From assembly GCA_021208605.1 (NCBI GenBank), contig JAJOJK010000015.1:343-64342 (forward strand): a stretch of 64,000 bases of DNA, written 5' to 3'. The position numbers and the translations under genes were made by a program. The stretch's first letter is position 1; each line of letters opens with the position of its first letter. This DNA comes from Candidatus Woesebacteria bacterium (GTDB lineage Bacteria; Patescibacteriota; Microgenomatia; UBA1400; UBA1396). This document shows positions 1-10,061 of this stretch, one piece after another. The notes below the pieces were generated by a model. It was not told the origin of the DNA, did no database searches, and worked only from the letters and a program-made list of their open reading frames with translations.

Positions 1-258
1 AGGCAGTGCTGATGTCAACGACTTACAAACAGCATCAACGAACTCGCCAACATGGCCTCTACGGAGCCAGCGGCCACACCACAACCATCTGCTCCCGCTC
101 CCGCGCCGGCTCCAAACGTGGCAACGCCAGCTCCGAGTAGCCAACCATCCGCTTCGCCTCAGTCCTCAGCTCCAACAGCTAATGCGGGCGCACCAGCTCA
201 GCCGAGCGCCACGCCCACACCTTCTGGATTGACGCCACCAACCCCACCGCAAGAATAA
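1..258 (+). CDS. 3' end of a gene with a Pro/Ala/Ser/Thr-rich low-complexity tail (probably starts before the window)
   Basis: ORF track 52..258 is a PAST-rich linker-like sequence ending in TAA. Confidence 0.5.
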
Positions 259-293
259 GCAGAAGAAACAAAAACGGTGTATAGCAAGTGCCG

Positions 294-659
294 TTAGTCT
301 TGGTCGAGGTAATGGGCTAATACTTTCAAGAATTCGCGTAAGCGATAGTCGCTATCAATGGACCAAAAAAGTTCTTTGCGCCCTTCGTGGTTCGGTCGCC
401 AGAGTTCAATGTAGCAGAGCGGTTCGCGGCGAATTTTATAGCGTCGGAATAACTCTACCGTGTCACGATGGCGGATATAGCTTTCCGTATTCCGGTTCAC
501 ATTCATGAAACGATAATCCATATCATGGCGCATTTGGATGCGAATGGCATCGTTGTAGACGAGTTCATTGTGCAACTCTGTAGTACGCGCATTTTCCCAG
601 TCGAGTTCCGGATGACGCCAGTAAAAAATATAGAGTTTGCGAACATTTCCGCTCTTCAT
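294..659 (-). CDS. hypothetical protein (~121 aa)
   Basis: ORF; ATG at 659 preceded by TATAAT with 6 nt spacing. Confidence 0.6.
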   Translation of the reverse strand: MKSGNVRKLYIFYWRHPELDWENARTTELHNELVYNDAIRIQMRHDMDYRFMNVNRNTESYIRHRDTVELFRRYKIRREPLCYIELWRPNHEGRKELFWSIDSDYRLREFLKVLAHYLDQD

Positions 660-750
660 ACGGTCATTATAGCGGGTGATCAGCAACGCGCCGCAAGCAA
701 TCTGGGAGTGGGGCATAGGAACTCGCCAACGCAACTGCTATAATAACGAC

Positions 751-1437
751 ATGGAATTCGATCGCCTCGTCGTGGGTTTTTTTGTTGATGAAGTTGTTGG
801 TGGCTTTTTTATCTCGGTTCCCCCGGGACATATTGCCTGTGTCTACGATCGCGGTCGCGGCGTCCTGCCTAAAATCTGGGGACCAGGTCTGCATTTGAAG
901 ATTCCATTCTGGCAAGTCGCTAAACTCTTCAATGCCCAAATCCTGGAATATGCCTTCCGCAAAGGTTTTGACTTGACACGGAATCGAGAGGATCTTGGTG
1001 ACGATGCGGTGGTGACCCAAACTGCCGACAAGCAGAATATTGAAATCGAGGGCTCCATCTTATTCCGCATCGACAAGAATAATGCGCCTGAACTCTGGGA
1101 AAATATTGGCGAGCGCTTTGTTTCTAAGGTTGTTCGTCCAGTATCTCGTTCCCGTATTGCCGCCGTATTTTCCCAACTGACTGTAGATCAAATCTCAGAA
1201 AATCGTACTGCTGTCGAAGAACGTGTCAAACAAGAGCTCGCACAACACTTCAACAACAAAGGCATTAACTGTGAGGGATTCCTGCTTTCCGAAGTACGCA
1301 TACTGAACAACAAAGGTCAGGACAACGTCATCGTCCAGGAAGACATCACGATTCAACCGGCTGCAAACCAGCAACAACCGATATCGCAAAGTGGCGTCAA
1401 CCTCTACAACAATACTCCTTCTTCTCGAAACGAGTAA
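751..1437 (+). CDS. SPFH/band 7 (prohibitin-like) domain protein
   Basis: VPPGH..., GPGLHLKIPFWQ, TADKQNIEIEGSILFRI motifs; TGCTATAAT 6 nt before ATG 751. Confidence 0.85.
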   Translation: MEFDRLVVGFFVDEVVGGFFISVPPGHIACVYDRGRGVLPKIWGPGLHLKIPFWQVAKLFNAQILEYAFRKGFDLTRNREDLGDDAVVTQTADKQNIEIEGSILFRIDKNNAPELWENIGERFVSKVVRPVSRSRIAAVFSQLTVDQISENRTAVEERVKQELAQHFNNKGINCEGFLLSEVRILNNKGQDNVIVQEDITIQPAANQQQPISQSGVNLYNNTPSSRNE

Positions 1438-2054
1438 GTTTTTCCACCACCCACAATAATGTGATCGCGCAACCAAATGCCAAGCAGTTGGGCGGCGGCT
1501 TCGATGCGAGTCGTAAACACCTTGTCTTGCACCGATGGCTGCACATTTCCGGAAGGATGGTTGTGGCAAATGACCAACGAGTCCACCGGATGCCAGCGAA
1601 TCGGGAAAAAGACCTCGCGCGGACTCACGGTCACCATGTTCATGCCCCCAATGGCGATATCCTCTTGCAACAAAACTTTGGCATCAGTCGAACAGTAAAA
1701 AATGCGCAGCCGCTCCCGCTGACTCTCGGCAAAATCCTGACAGAGAAGAGCCACATCACGCACACTTTGCAGTTGCACGTTCGAGCGCTGATTCAGTCGA
1801 GACACAAGTTCTTGAATTGCTTGCAAGCGGGCGGATTGCGCTGGACCAAGTCCAATCTCTTCACCCCGTAAACGCTGGAAAGAACCATCGCGTAGACGGT
1901 CTGTAATGCGCTGCGAAAGTACCGTAACCGGTGTTTGCGCAGTACCGTTTCCCAAAATACACATCCACAGCTCTTGCAGTGAAAGTGATTGCGGACCATA
2001 CCGGGCTAATTTTTCGCGGGGTCGAATCTGGAGAACAGAGGAGGGTGATGACAT
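1404..2054 (-). CDS. radC: RadC/JAB-domain protein
   Basis: RPREKL...G...LS..EL N-terminus; PREVF, HNHPSG, DHIIVG motifs. Confidence 0.92.
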   Translation of the reverse strand: MSSPSSVLQIRPREKLARYGPQSLSLQELWMCILGNGTAQTPVTVLSQRITDRLRDGSFQRLRGEEIGLGPAQSARLQAIQELVSRLNQRSNVQLQSVRDVALLCQDFAESQRERLRIFYCSTDAKVLLQEDIAIGGMNMVTVSPREVFFPIRWHPVDSLVICHNHPSGNVQPSVQDKVFTTRIEAAAQLLGIWLRDHIIVGGGKTYSFREEGVLL

Positions 2055-2380
2055 GCACCCAGTAGATCACAAGATGTAATCAAAAAATCACGGGTCGAGC
2101 CAAATCGCTCTACGCCGACGATCTCTCTTTCGAGTGGCGACACCAGGACGATACGCTTGTGATCGTATTTTTGCAGCAGTAAATCAATGATCAAATTCTG
2201 CTCATGCTGTTGGCGACCTTCGTCAACAATCACGACGCTGTCAATCTCAAAAGTAGCGATCAAAACAAGGACTTCAGCCATGTCTTTGGCCTTGTACACA
2301 TCACAGTCTCGTTTACTGAGAGTTTGATGGTATAATTTTCGTGTAGCCGATGACGGAGCGTAGACGATAACGTTTTGCAT
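2006..2380 (-). CDS. hypothetical, degenerate receiver-like protein
   Basis: beta/alpha pattern resembling a REC domain but lacking the acidic pocket; overlaps radC start. Confidence 0.45.
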   Translation of the reverse strand: MQNVIVYAPSSATRKLYHQTLSKRDCDVYKAKDMAEVLVLIATFEIDSVVIVDEGRQQHEQNLIIDLLLQKYDHKRIVLVSPLEREIVGVERFGSTRDFLITSCDLLGACHHPPLFSRFDPAKN

Positions 2381-2447
2381 GCTAAGTCTATAGTATAAAG
2401 ATTCGATCTCTTTTGACAAGAAGCAATCGGCAGGAGACAATGTACCT

Positions 2448-2792
2448 ATGAGCGACCAACAGCACCCGTACACGATACAAGCATTTAAATCTCGTCTGAA
2501 TCAAGTAGGCGAGCGCATTAAGATTGCCCGTCAAGCCCGTGGTATGACGCAGGGCGATTTAGGCAAAGTGATTGGCATTTCGTCTAAGACAATCTCGGCT
2601 ATTGAAGTCGGTCGCGTTGAACCATCTATTACGCAGATGCAGGCCTTGTCTGCCGTCCTCGAGGAACCGATTGGCTACTTCGTGGGCGAAACCGCCAGCT
2701 CCGTGGAATCTAAAATCGAGCGCGTCACCGACGAACTCGAAGAAATCCGCAAATTAATCGAGCTGACAAAAGCCAAACAAGCGGTACAATAG
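2448..2792 (+). CDS. XRE-family HTH transcriptional regulator
   Basis: IKIARQARGMTQGDLGKVIGISSKTISAIEVGRVEP. Confidence 0.9.
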   Translation: MSDQQHPYTIQAFKSRLNQVGERIKIARQARGMTQGDLGKVIGISSKTISAIEVGRVEPSITQMQALSAVLEEPIGYFVGETASSVESKIERVTDELEEIRKLIELTKAKQAVQ

Positions 2793-2843
2793 TACCTTGT
2801 GAGAATTCCTGACCAACCGTCAGAAAATTCACACAAATCCAGA

Positions 2844-2926
2844 GGAGGTGTCGCATAGTGGTCAATTGCACACGCCTGGAAAGCGTGAGCCTCACGGCTC
2901 CGTGGGTTCGAATCCCACCACCTCCG
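2844..2926 (+). tRNA. tRNA-Ser(GGA), CCA not encoded
   Basis: Acceptor GGAGGTG/CACCTCC, anticodon arm CACGC-CTGGAAA-GCGTG, long variable arm, GGTTCGAATCC T-loop, discriminator G. Confidence 0.95.
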
Positions 2927-2930
2927 CTCG

Positions 2931-2964
2931 TGAAAAAAGAATCCATGAATGGCTTCTTTTTTCA
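2931..2964 (+). terminator. hairpin after tRNA-Ser
   Basis: TGAAAAAAGAA...TTCTTTTTTCA inverted repeat. Confidence 0.55.
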
Positions 2965-3051
2965 TGCGTGGACGATGTAAAGGAGCGAGTCCGGCGGACA
3001 AAGTGAGACTGGGTTCGCGCCGGGAATGAGCATACAGATTGACTTTAGAAC

Positions 3052-3495
3052 TTAAAGTTGTTGAATTGCCTCTTCAGCAAGCACTAGTAACCTATCTTTA
3101 TCGATGCCAATATAAGATACTATACTTCTAAAGTTATGGAGACCAGTATCTCCACCTTCTAAAGCAATTATTAGTTCTTGTAATAAATCACTGGTTTTAT
3201 CCATTCCTTGTCGTTGTAATTCAGGAAGCTCTAAATCTGAACCAATAGTAAACGGACTGCCTTCTGCACCGGTTGTTCCTCTGTTATATACTTTTCCTTT
3301 CCAAACTAAGTAAGTATGTTCTCCTGGTGTGGGCAAATCTACAACCCAAAGCCGTGGTACTTCTAAATTCGGTTGTCTCGATCTTTTATCTAAAGTAACT
3401 AAGAGAGCTATCATTCCATTTTGAAAACAATTAAAAATAGGCGTTGCTTCTGGCCAAGGTTGCATAGGATCAGGGCGATATATATTTTCTTTCAT
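3052..3495 (-). CDS. AT-rich orphan hypothetical protein
   Basis: 147 aa ORF; TATAAT 7 nt upstream; visibly AT-richer than its neighbours. Confidence 0.6.
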   Translation of the reverse strand: MKENIYRPDPMQPWPEATPIFNCFQNGMIALLVTLDKRSRQPNLEVPRLWVVDLPTPGEHTYLVWKGKVYNRGTTGAEGSPFTIGSDLELPELQRQGMDKTSDLLQELIIALEGGDTGLHNFRSIVSYIGIDKDRLLVLAEEAIQQL

Positions 3496-3589
3496 TGTAG
3501 TAATTATAGTATGTCATTGATAAAGTGAAAAAAAGTTCTAACATCATTCCATAATCCTCGCCAAAAGATATAAAATATCAATAATCCCT

Positions 3590-3949
3590 ATGCAAACACA
3601 ACCACCCCAAATAACCCATTTTCTATCTGACATTGAAAACACAAACCCAGATACCCACAAAATCATCACCGCGGTGTGTGACCTTTTTGAGAAATATCAG
3701 CCCGGCATTCAGCAAGATGTAAAATATGGCGGCATTGTCTTTTTGGTCGACGACACACTCACCGCCGGCGTGTTCCCATACACGTCACACGTCTCGATTG
3801 AGTTCAGTAATGGGGCAAAAATGGACGATCCGTACCAAGTGCTCGAGGGCAAAGGAAATCTATGCCGAGACATCAAGCTCACCCCTTTGAACGACCTCAA
3901 AGAAAAGCACGTTGCAGATTACATACAACGCTGTCTGCAACAACAATAA
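3590..3949 (+). CDS. DUF1801 (YdhG-like) protein
   Basis: VKYGGIVF, HVSIEFSNGA..DDP..LEGKG..RDIK. Confidence 0.8.
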   Translation: MQTQPPQITHFLSDIENTNPDTHKIITAVCDLFEKYQPGIQQDVKYGGIVFLVDDTLTAGVFPYTSHVSIEFSNGAKMDDPYQVLEGKGNLCRDIKLTPLNDLKEKHVADYIQRCLQQQ

Positions 3950-3964
3950 ACAGTTAGGAGCCGC

Positions 3965-4366
3965 ATGCTACACATCCAATCAGTCTTCAGCGGTTTTACC
4001 GTCGATGACTTAGATGTCGCCGAGAAGTTCTATACCGAAAAATTGGGAATCACCGTCGAACGCCTCAAGATGGGAAATGGTGAAGACATGGGTTTGGAAC
4101 TGCAAATGCCAGAAGGGATGCGAGTCTTTGTCTATGCCAAAAATGATCACCAGCCCGCCAGCTACACCGTCCTTAATTTCCAAGTGAGTGACATTGATAC
4201 CGCAGTCGCTCAACTCAATGAGGCCGGCATCACGCTCAAGACATATGAAGGCATGCACCAAGACGAAAAAGGCATTGCCCGCGGCCTCGACTACGACATG
4301 GGCCCCAGTATTGCCTGGTTCAAAGATCCGGCAGGAAATACGCTGGCAGTGCTGCAAGAAAAATAG
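3965..4366 (+). CDS. VOC/glyoxalase family protein
   Basis: FSGFTVDDL..AEKFY, PASYTVLNF.V.DID, AWFKDPAGN. Confidence 0.9.
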   Translation: MLHIQSVFSGFTVDDLDVAEKFYTEKLGITVERLKMGNGEDMGLELQMPEGMRVFVYAKNDHQPASYTVLNFQVSDIDTAVAQLNEAGITLKTYEGMHQDEKGIARGLDYDMGPSIAWFKDPAGNTLAVLQEK

Positions 4367-4413
4367 TCAGACACAAATTGTAGAAAAGAGTACGAACTCC
4401 TATACTCATCTCT

Positions 4414-4749
4414 ATGTCCTCACCAATTTCCACCTACATCGCAAAACAAGATCAGCCGCAGCAAGAAGTTTTGCAAAAGATACGGGAGCTTATCCAGGGC
4501 TTACTCCCCGAAGCCGAAGAGCGCATGAGCTACGGCGTGCCGTCTTTTCGCTTGGATGGCAAATCAATTTTGTATGCCGCTTTTAAAAACCATATTGGGC
4601 TTTATCCGGAGCCAGAGGTTATTGAACTCTTTCAAGAAGAACTTGCCAACTACGAGACTGCCAAGGGCACCATTAAGTTCCCACTCGACAAGCCCATTCC
4701 GTATGACTTGATTACGCGAATTGTGAAGCAGAAGTATGACAAAAACTGA
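4414..4749 (+). CDS. DUF1801/YdhG-like protein
   Basis: AEERMSYGVPSF, YAAFKNHIGLYP, KGTIKFPLDKPIPYDLI. Confidence 0.88.
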   Translation: MSSPISTYIAKQDQPQQEVLQKIRELIQGLLPEAEERMSYGVPSFRLDGKSILYAAFKNHIGLYPEPEVIELFQEELANYETAKGTIKFPLDKPIPYDLITRIVKQKYDKN

Positions 4750-4752
4750 AAT

Positions 4753-4906
4753 ATGATCATCTTCCTCAATGGCACCATCAACTCTGGAAAATCTACTCTG
4801 GCCGAACTCTTGGCTCAACAGCTGCCTCAGACTGTTAGATACTTCTGATTTGTCGGTAGAGGAGAGTGTAAGCCAGATAATAGAGTTGCTACACTCTGAA
4901 AAATAA
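4753..4906 (+). pseudogene. internally deleted P-loop kinase remnant
   Basis: MIIFLNGTINSGKSTLAELLAQQLP (Walker A) joined out of frame to C-terminal LDTSDLSVEESVSQIIELLHSEK*. Confidence 0.7.
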
Positions 4907-4916
4907 AAAGAACACA

Positions 4917-5357
4917 TTATTTCACAAGTAATTGAGCCTGGCGAAGTATTTTTTCCATTGCTTCTTTGAAATCATTTTGCTCATATTTGTCTAGAAATTC
5001 CGCCGCCGTCATGAGCTCACCTTTTGGTGGAGTATGCTTCGTTGAACAAGTAGCAAAAAGCATTGTTTTTTTAGAATAAGGTGAAATGTTGTTATTCGCG
5101 ACAATCTCAGCAAAAAAAAGAGGCGACGTATAAGGGAGGGCACCCGCTTCTTCGGATATCTCTCGCTTCAAAGCTGTTGTCGGAGTTTCATTTTTTTCCA
5201 AATGTCCACCGGGGATATCGTACCCGCGTTTATTCTTGATAGTAACCAGGCGCGAACCATGAAAAATAATGGCATGCACAGAACTCACGTCCATTTTGTG
5301 AGGAATGTCACGGTCACTGAATTCTTGAAAAAAAAGTGAAAACGAACTCTCTGGCAC
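4917..5357 (-). CDS. NUDIX hydrolase
   Basis: PGGHLEKNETPTTALKREISEEAG Nudix box. Confidence 0.85.
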   Translation of the reverse strand: MPESSFSLFFQEFSDRDIPHKMDVSSVHAIIFHGSRLVTIKNKRGYDIPGGHLEKNETPTTALKREISEEAGALPYTSPLFFAEIVANNNISPYSKKTMLFATCSTKHTPPKGELMTAAEFLDKYEQNDFKEAMEKILRQAQLLVK

Positions 5358-5407
5358 AAGTAGATTATAACAAGCGCTCGCCCCGCAGTTCCTCTATAAT
5401 GCCCTAG

Positions 5408-6829
5408 ATGCCCCTCAAACCTGTCCTGTCCGTCCATGAGTATCTTGATCTGATGAACACCATTTTGGCCGATATTGCGGTCACGGTGGAGGGCGAGATT
5501 ACGTCTTTGAACCGTGGTCCCAGTGGCCACATCTACTTTGATTTGGGGGAAGTGAAAGACAATAAAAAAGCTATCTTTTCGTGCGCTCTGTGGAATTATA
5601 AAGCCCAATCCCTCAGTTTTGACCTCAAAGTAGGCGAGAAAGTGCAGATTACGGGCAAGGCGAACCTGTATAAACCCAACGGACGCTACAGTTTTCTTGT
5701 CGACAAAATTGCGCCGACTGGCGAAGGTGCTCTCAAAAAAGCCTTTGAAAAACTCAAAAAAGAACTGGAAGCCAAAGGCTACTTTGCTCCAGAGCGGAAA
5801 CGACCATTGCCAGAATTTCCAGTAAAAATTGCCGTTATCACCTCCAAAACGGGCGACGCCATTAAGGATTTCATGGCGCATCTCGGCCACTTTGGACTGG
5901 AAATTCACTTTGTGGACTCGCGAGTGGAGGGAATCAATGCCATCAATGAAATCGTCAACGGAATTGATTTCATTAACCGTCGTCATCCTGATGTGCAGCT
6001 CATCGTCGTCACCCGCGGTGGCGGCAGCCTAGAAAGCCTACAAGCCTACAACTCGCGCGAAGTAGCGGAGGCTATTTTTAGCTCGCGTATTCCTGTCTTG
6101 TCGGCCGTCGGTCACGAAAATGACATTACCATTTCCGATCTCGTGGCTGACGAACGCGCCTCAACCCCGACCGACGCCGGCAATGTGGTCAGCCAAAGTT
6201 GGCGAGAAGGGCAACGGAAAATCGAGCTGGCTTCGCAAGTATTGGTGAGTACCACCGAGCAACTCATTCAAAAGCTGCAGACCCATCTAGATACGAGCTG
6301 GGAACAAAACGCTCGTCTGCTGGAAGTGAACATTGAGGACCAGCGGGATACTCTGGCCAATCGCACCGAGACACTTACCGAACGATTTGCACTGCGACTC
6401 GAAACCCTCAACGCTTTTCTCAAAAACACCCTCCAACAACTCACCAAAGATGTTCGTTGGCATATTCAGAACTATAAAAATACCGAGCGCCGCTTCCACC
6501 TCAACACCCACACGTTCGCACTGCAACTTGCTGATCGAACCGAGAACCTGGCGGCGTATTCTGTTTTCTATGACCACGCTTTCCAACGCGTACTCACTTC
6601 GTATCGCAAACAACTCGTCGCCAGCAACAAACATCTGAATCTCTCCGATCCCACGCTGAAACTGCGGCAAGGGTATAGTATTCTCAGAAATGCCGATCAG
6701 AAAATTGTGCGAAGCGTGAGCGAACTCCAAACTGGAGAAACCATGCAGGTGCAACTGAGCGACGGCACCGTTACCTCCCAAGTAGAAAAAACAGAAAGGA
6801 CCTCACATGGCCTCGAATCCCACATTTAA
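5408..6829 (+). CDS. xseA: exodeoxyribonuclease VII large subunit
   Basis: VEGEI, SGHIYFDL, RGGGSLE, SAVGHE.D.TISD.VAD.RASTPT. Confidence 0.96.
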   Translation: MPLKPVLSVHEYLDLMNTILADIAVTVEGEITSLNRGPSGHIYFDLGEVKDNKKAIFSCALWNYKAQSLSFDLKVGEKVQITGKANLYKPNGRYSFLVDKIAPTGEGALKKAFEKLKKELEAKGYFAPERKRPLPEFPVKIAVITSKTGDAIKDFMAHLGHFGLEIHFVDSRVEGINAINEIVNGIDFINRRHPDVQLIVVTRGGGSLESLQAYNSREVAEAIFSSRIPVLSAVGHENDITISDLVADERASTPTDAGNVVSQSWREGQRKIELASQVLVSTTEQLIQKLQTHLDTSWEQNARLLEVNIEDQRDTLANRTETLTERFALRLETLNAFLKNTLQQLTKDVRWHIQNYKNTERRFHLNTHTFALQLADRTENLAAYSVFYDHAFQRVLTSYRKQLVASNKHLNLSDPTLKLRQGYSILRNADQKIVRSVSELQTGETMQVQLSDGTVTSQVEKTERTSHGLESHI

Positions 6830-7091
6830 CTTCAGCGACTCCATGAAAGAAATCGACCAGATCAACGAATGGTTCCAACAAGACGACCTGGATCTTGAGG
6901 AAGCCCTGACCAAACTCAAGCGCGGCAAGGAACTGATCAAACTGTGCAAGACCCGCCTCAAGGATGTTGAAAACGAGTTCAAAGAGCTCAAGGAAGATTT
7001 TTTTGAGGAACCAAGGGGCGATATCAGTAATCCTAACCTAGATGCGAATGAAGTAGATGAGCTTTCATTCAGCGAGTCAACAAAATTTTAG
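6807..7091 (+). CDS. xseB: exodeoxyribonuclease VII small subunit
   Basis: F...MKEI..I......LDLEEAL...KRG..L...C...L; follows xseA. Confidence 0.9.
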   Translation: MASNPTFNFSDSMKEIDQINEWFQQDDLDLEEALTKLKRGKELIKLCKTRLKDVENEFKELKEDFFEEPRGDISNPNLDANEVDELSFSESTKF

Positions 7092-7749
7092 CGGCATGCT
7101 TATCGAAGCGATTTTCTAGCAATTGCCTGTTACGATCAGTCGGCTCTCGCTTGAAAGCTTTGGACGTATAGTCAATTATCATCACTGATGCAAAGTCTTG
7201 ATTTTCCGCTCGTAATAAAATGTTGCCCGGATTTGGATCCTCTACCCAAATTGTTTTCTCTTCCAGAAGTGCAATTGCATGTCTAAATGCGACTGAATAG
7301 ACACTATACAACCAATTTAAAACACTATTATCACCCTTAGACTCGCGTGCTAAAAACTCAACACTCGGTCCAAAATGTGGTGTTCGTAACGCCATAACTC
7401 GTGGATAGTTATCAACGTCAATTTCTCCGGATTTTAATAATGGAATAAGATGAGATCCATGACTTAATTCCAATGAAGCTGTAATTCCTGCTTTCTCTTG
7501 TTCAGAAATTCTTCGATTAGTTCCTGGGGTACCGGCTACTTTATACCACCATTTATTGGCAGGATCGTAGAGTATAAGAAAAGTACCTTTTTGCAAACTT
7601 CCCTTCATTCGAAACACTCGAGAAGAACTTCCCTCAAAACCTATGCTAACAGACTGATCAGCAGACCAACCATTCATAGTAACCGTTTCTCCGGAAGATC
7701 TAGCTATATCCCTTATATCTGGGGGAAGCATTACTGTCTCAAGTCCCAT
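7069..7749 (-). CDS. AT-rich protein with protein-kinase-like catalytic motifs
   Basis: YKV, DPNPGNILL and IIDY resemble kinase catalytic loop and DFG motifs. Confidence 0.5.
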   Translation of the reverse strand: MGLETVMLPPDIRDIARSSGETVTMNGWSADQSVSIGFEGSSSRVFRMKGSLQKGTFLILYDPANKWWYKVAGTPGTNRRISEQEKAGITASLELSHGSHLIPLLKSGEIDVDNYPRVMALRTPHFGPSVEFLARESKGDNSVLNWLYSVYSVAFRHAIALLEEKTIWVEDPNPGNILLRAENQDFASVMIIDYTSKAFKREPTDRNRQLLENRFDKHAAKILLTR

Positions 7750-7758
7750 AGAATAATA

Positions 7759-9539
7759 TTATATCACATTCCGGAACGCCGCCAAAAAACGCTCGCCATA
7801 CCGTTCCCACTTCACTTCACCAACTCCTGAAATAGCCAGCATTTCCTGCTTGTTGCTCGGCTTTTCGTTAGCCATTTCTAAAAGCGTCGCATCGCTAAAC
7901 ACCATGTAGGCAGCCAGTGAATTTTCTTGCGCAATCTCCAAACGGACCTGGCGAAGTTTTTCAAATAACGGATTCTTGTAGTACTCTTTTTTCTTTTTGG
8001 ATCCGCTGCGGCCAGCCGAGCGAGCTACTTTCTTGGCCTGCTCTTGGCGCTCCATGAAATCATTAAGCGTAACCAGGCGCACTTCGCGTTTACCAGCGAG
8101 CACTTCTTGGCCGGCTTCTGTAATGTGCAGCGCGGCATCCTGGCTAAAATCGACTCGAATCAAGCCCAGATTTTTCATCTGCGCTAAGTAAAAATGCCAA
8201 GAAGCAAAATTCACCGCATCGCTCACGTTGCGCAGAACACGGACCACATCATCTTGGTTGACAGCGCCTTCGGCGTCCATGGTTTGCAGCACTTCCAGGG
8301 CTTTCTTCGTAATTGCGGTGCCGTTGCGGGTGGGGTAGGGATCTTCACAGACATCACAGTTGCCACAGCTTTTGGCGTAGGTCTCGTCAAAACTATTCAG
8401 TAAAATTTTGCGCCGACAAATAACACCCTCGGCATACTCTTTCATGCGATCGAGTTTGCCGAGCTGTACATCTTGTTGTGAAGAATCGACAAAAAAGCGT
8501 TTCATCATTTCGTAGTCGGCATAGGTGTAAAAGAGCAGTGCTTCGGCTGGAGCAGAGTCACGACCGGCGCGGCCGATTTCTTGGTAGTAGCCTTCAATGT
8601 TTTTGGGCAAGTTGTAGTGAATCACCCAGCGCACATTGGATTTATCGATGCCCATACCAAAGGCAATCGTGGCGCAGATAATTTGCGTTTTATCGAGCAC
8701 AAAACTTTTCTGAATGCGCTCGCGTTCTGCGGCACTCATGCCGGCATGATAGCTCGCAGCACTGTGGCCCATTTTTTGAATTTTCTCAGCGACTTTTTCG
8801 GTCTCTTTGCGCGTTAAGCAGTACACAATACCAGACTGATTGGGCTTATCCGCTAAAATTCGCGAATGGCATCTATCCGCTTTTGCGCCGGCAGCACGGT
8901 CAACGAAATATTCGGTCGATCAAACGAGTCGATAAGTATTTGTGGTTCGTCGAGCTCAAGTTGCGTCAGGATATCTTCTCGAGTGGTGCGATCAGCGGTG
9001 GCGGTCAGAGCAATAATTGGTACACCAGGAAACTGCTGCTTCAAATGCGACAACTGCGTGTACTCAGGGCGGAAATCATGCCCCCAGCTGGAAATACAGT
9101 GGGCTTCATCGATCGCAAAAAGATTCACCTTGATCTTTTTGAGCAGTTCCATGAACTCAGCCGTAACTAGACGCTCGGCGGAAACATAGAGCAAATCAAG
9201 TGACCCTGCTAACAATGCCTCAATGACTTGCGATTGCTCTGCACTGTCCAAACTACTGTTGAGAAACTCAGCGGCAATGCCGTTGGCTTTTAAGCCATCA
9301 ACTTGATCCTTCATCAAGGCAATAAGCGGGGAGACCACAATCGTAGTTCCCGGAATAATGACCGCCGGAATCTGGAAACACATTGACTTTCCACCGCCGG
9401 TGGGCATGAGCACAAATGTGTCCTGACCAGCTAAAACGGAAGAAATTGCCTTCTTCTGCAAAGCGTGAAACGACTCATACCCAAAATATTCTTTGAGCGC
9501 TTTCTTAGCGGTGGTGAGAGTAGGCTTTTTTGGTGACAT
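7759..9539 (-). pseudogene. recQ: DNA helicase RecQ with HRDC domain, split by a 1-nt frameshift near 8855-8858
   Basis: MPTGGGKS, DEAHCISSWGHDFRP, ATIAFGMGIDK, QEIGRAGRD, HRDC; adding one T restores EFLADKPNQSGIVYC. Confidence 0.93.
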
Positions 9540-9595
9540 GGGAGCACTCTACTGTACAAAAAAAACAGGATAATAACAAATGCTACAATTCGAGT

Positions 9596-10000
9596 ATGCC
9601 CAAACAAGACGTATCCGCCTTTTTCGCCGACATTCCCGAGCCACGCAAATCTCACTTTGAGAAACTGCATGCGTTTATTCGGAAACAGGCGCCAAAGTTG
9701 GAGCCATATATCGAAGGAAAATTCTTAGGCTATGGCAAGTATCACTACCGCTATGCTTCTGGGAGAGAAGGGGACTGGTTCACTGTGGGACTCGGAAACA
9801 ATAAAAATTCCCTGGCAGTGTATGTTGTCTGTACCGAAGACGGGAAATACATTACCGAAAAATACCAGGATCGGCTCAAAGCTGACATTGGCAAAAGCTG
9901 TATCCGCTTCAAAAAATTTGAAGATATTGATTGGAAAGTCTTGGGCGAACTCTTAACGGAGGCGCAAAAACTCTACCAACCGGTAGTTACCTCAGAGTAA
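9596..10000 (+). CDS. DUF1801 family protein
   Basis: GYGKYHYRYASGREGDW, GKSCIRFKK. Confidence 0.85.
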   Translation: MPKQDVSAFFADIPEPRKSHFEKLHAFIRKQAPKLEPYIEGKFLGYGKYHYRYASGREGDWFTVGLGNNKNSLAVYVVCTEDGKYITEKYQDRLKADIGKSCIRFKKFEDIDWKVLGELLTEAQKLYQPVVTSE

Positions 10001-10061
10001 CTGTTCCTGCTTTACCATTTTTTTGCCTGATGCTACAGTATTCTCAAACCAAAGGAGTTCC

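Noticed and set aside
2675-3001. Minus-strand ORFs across tRNA-Ser (RRWWDSNPR) and ORF 28790..29140 across the intron
   Set aside because: Antisense translations of RNA genes
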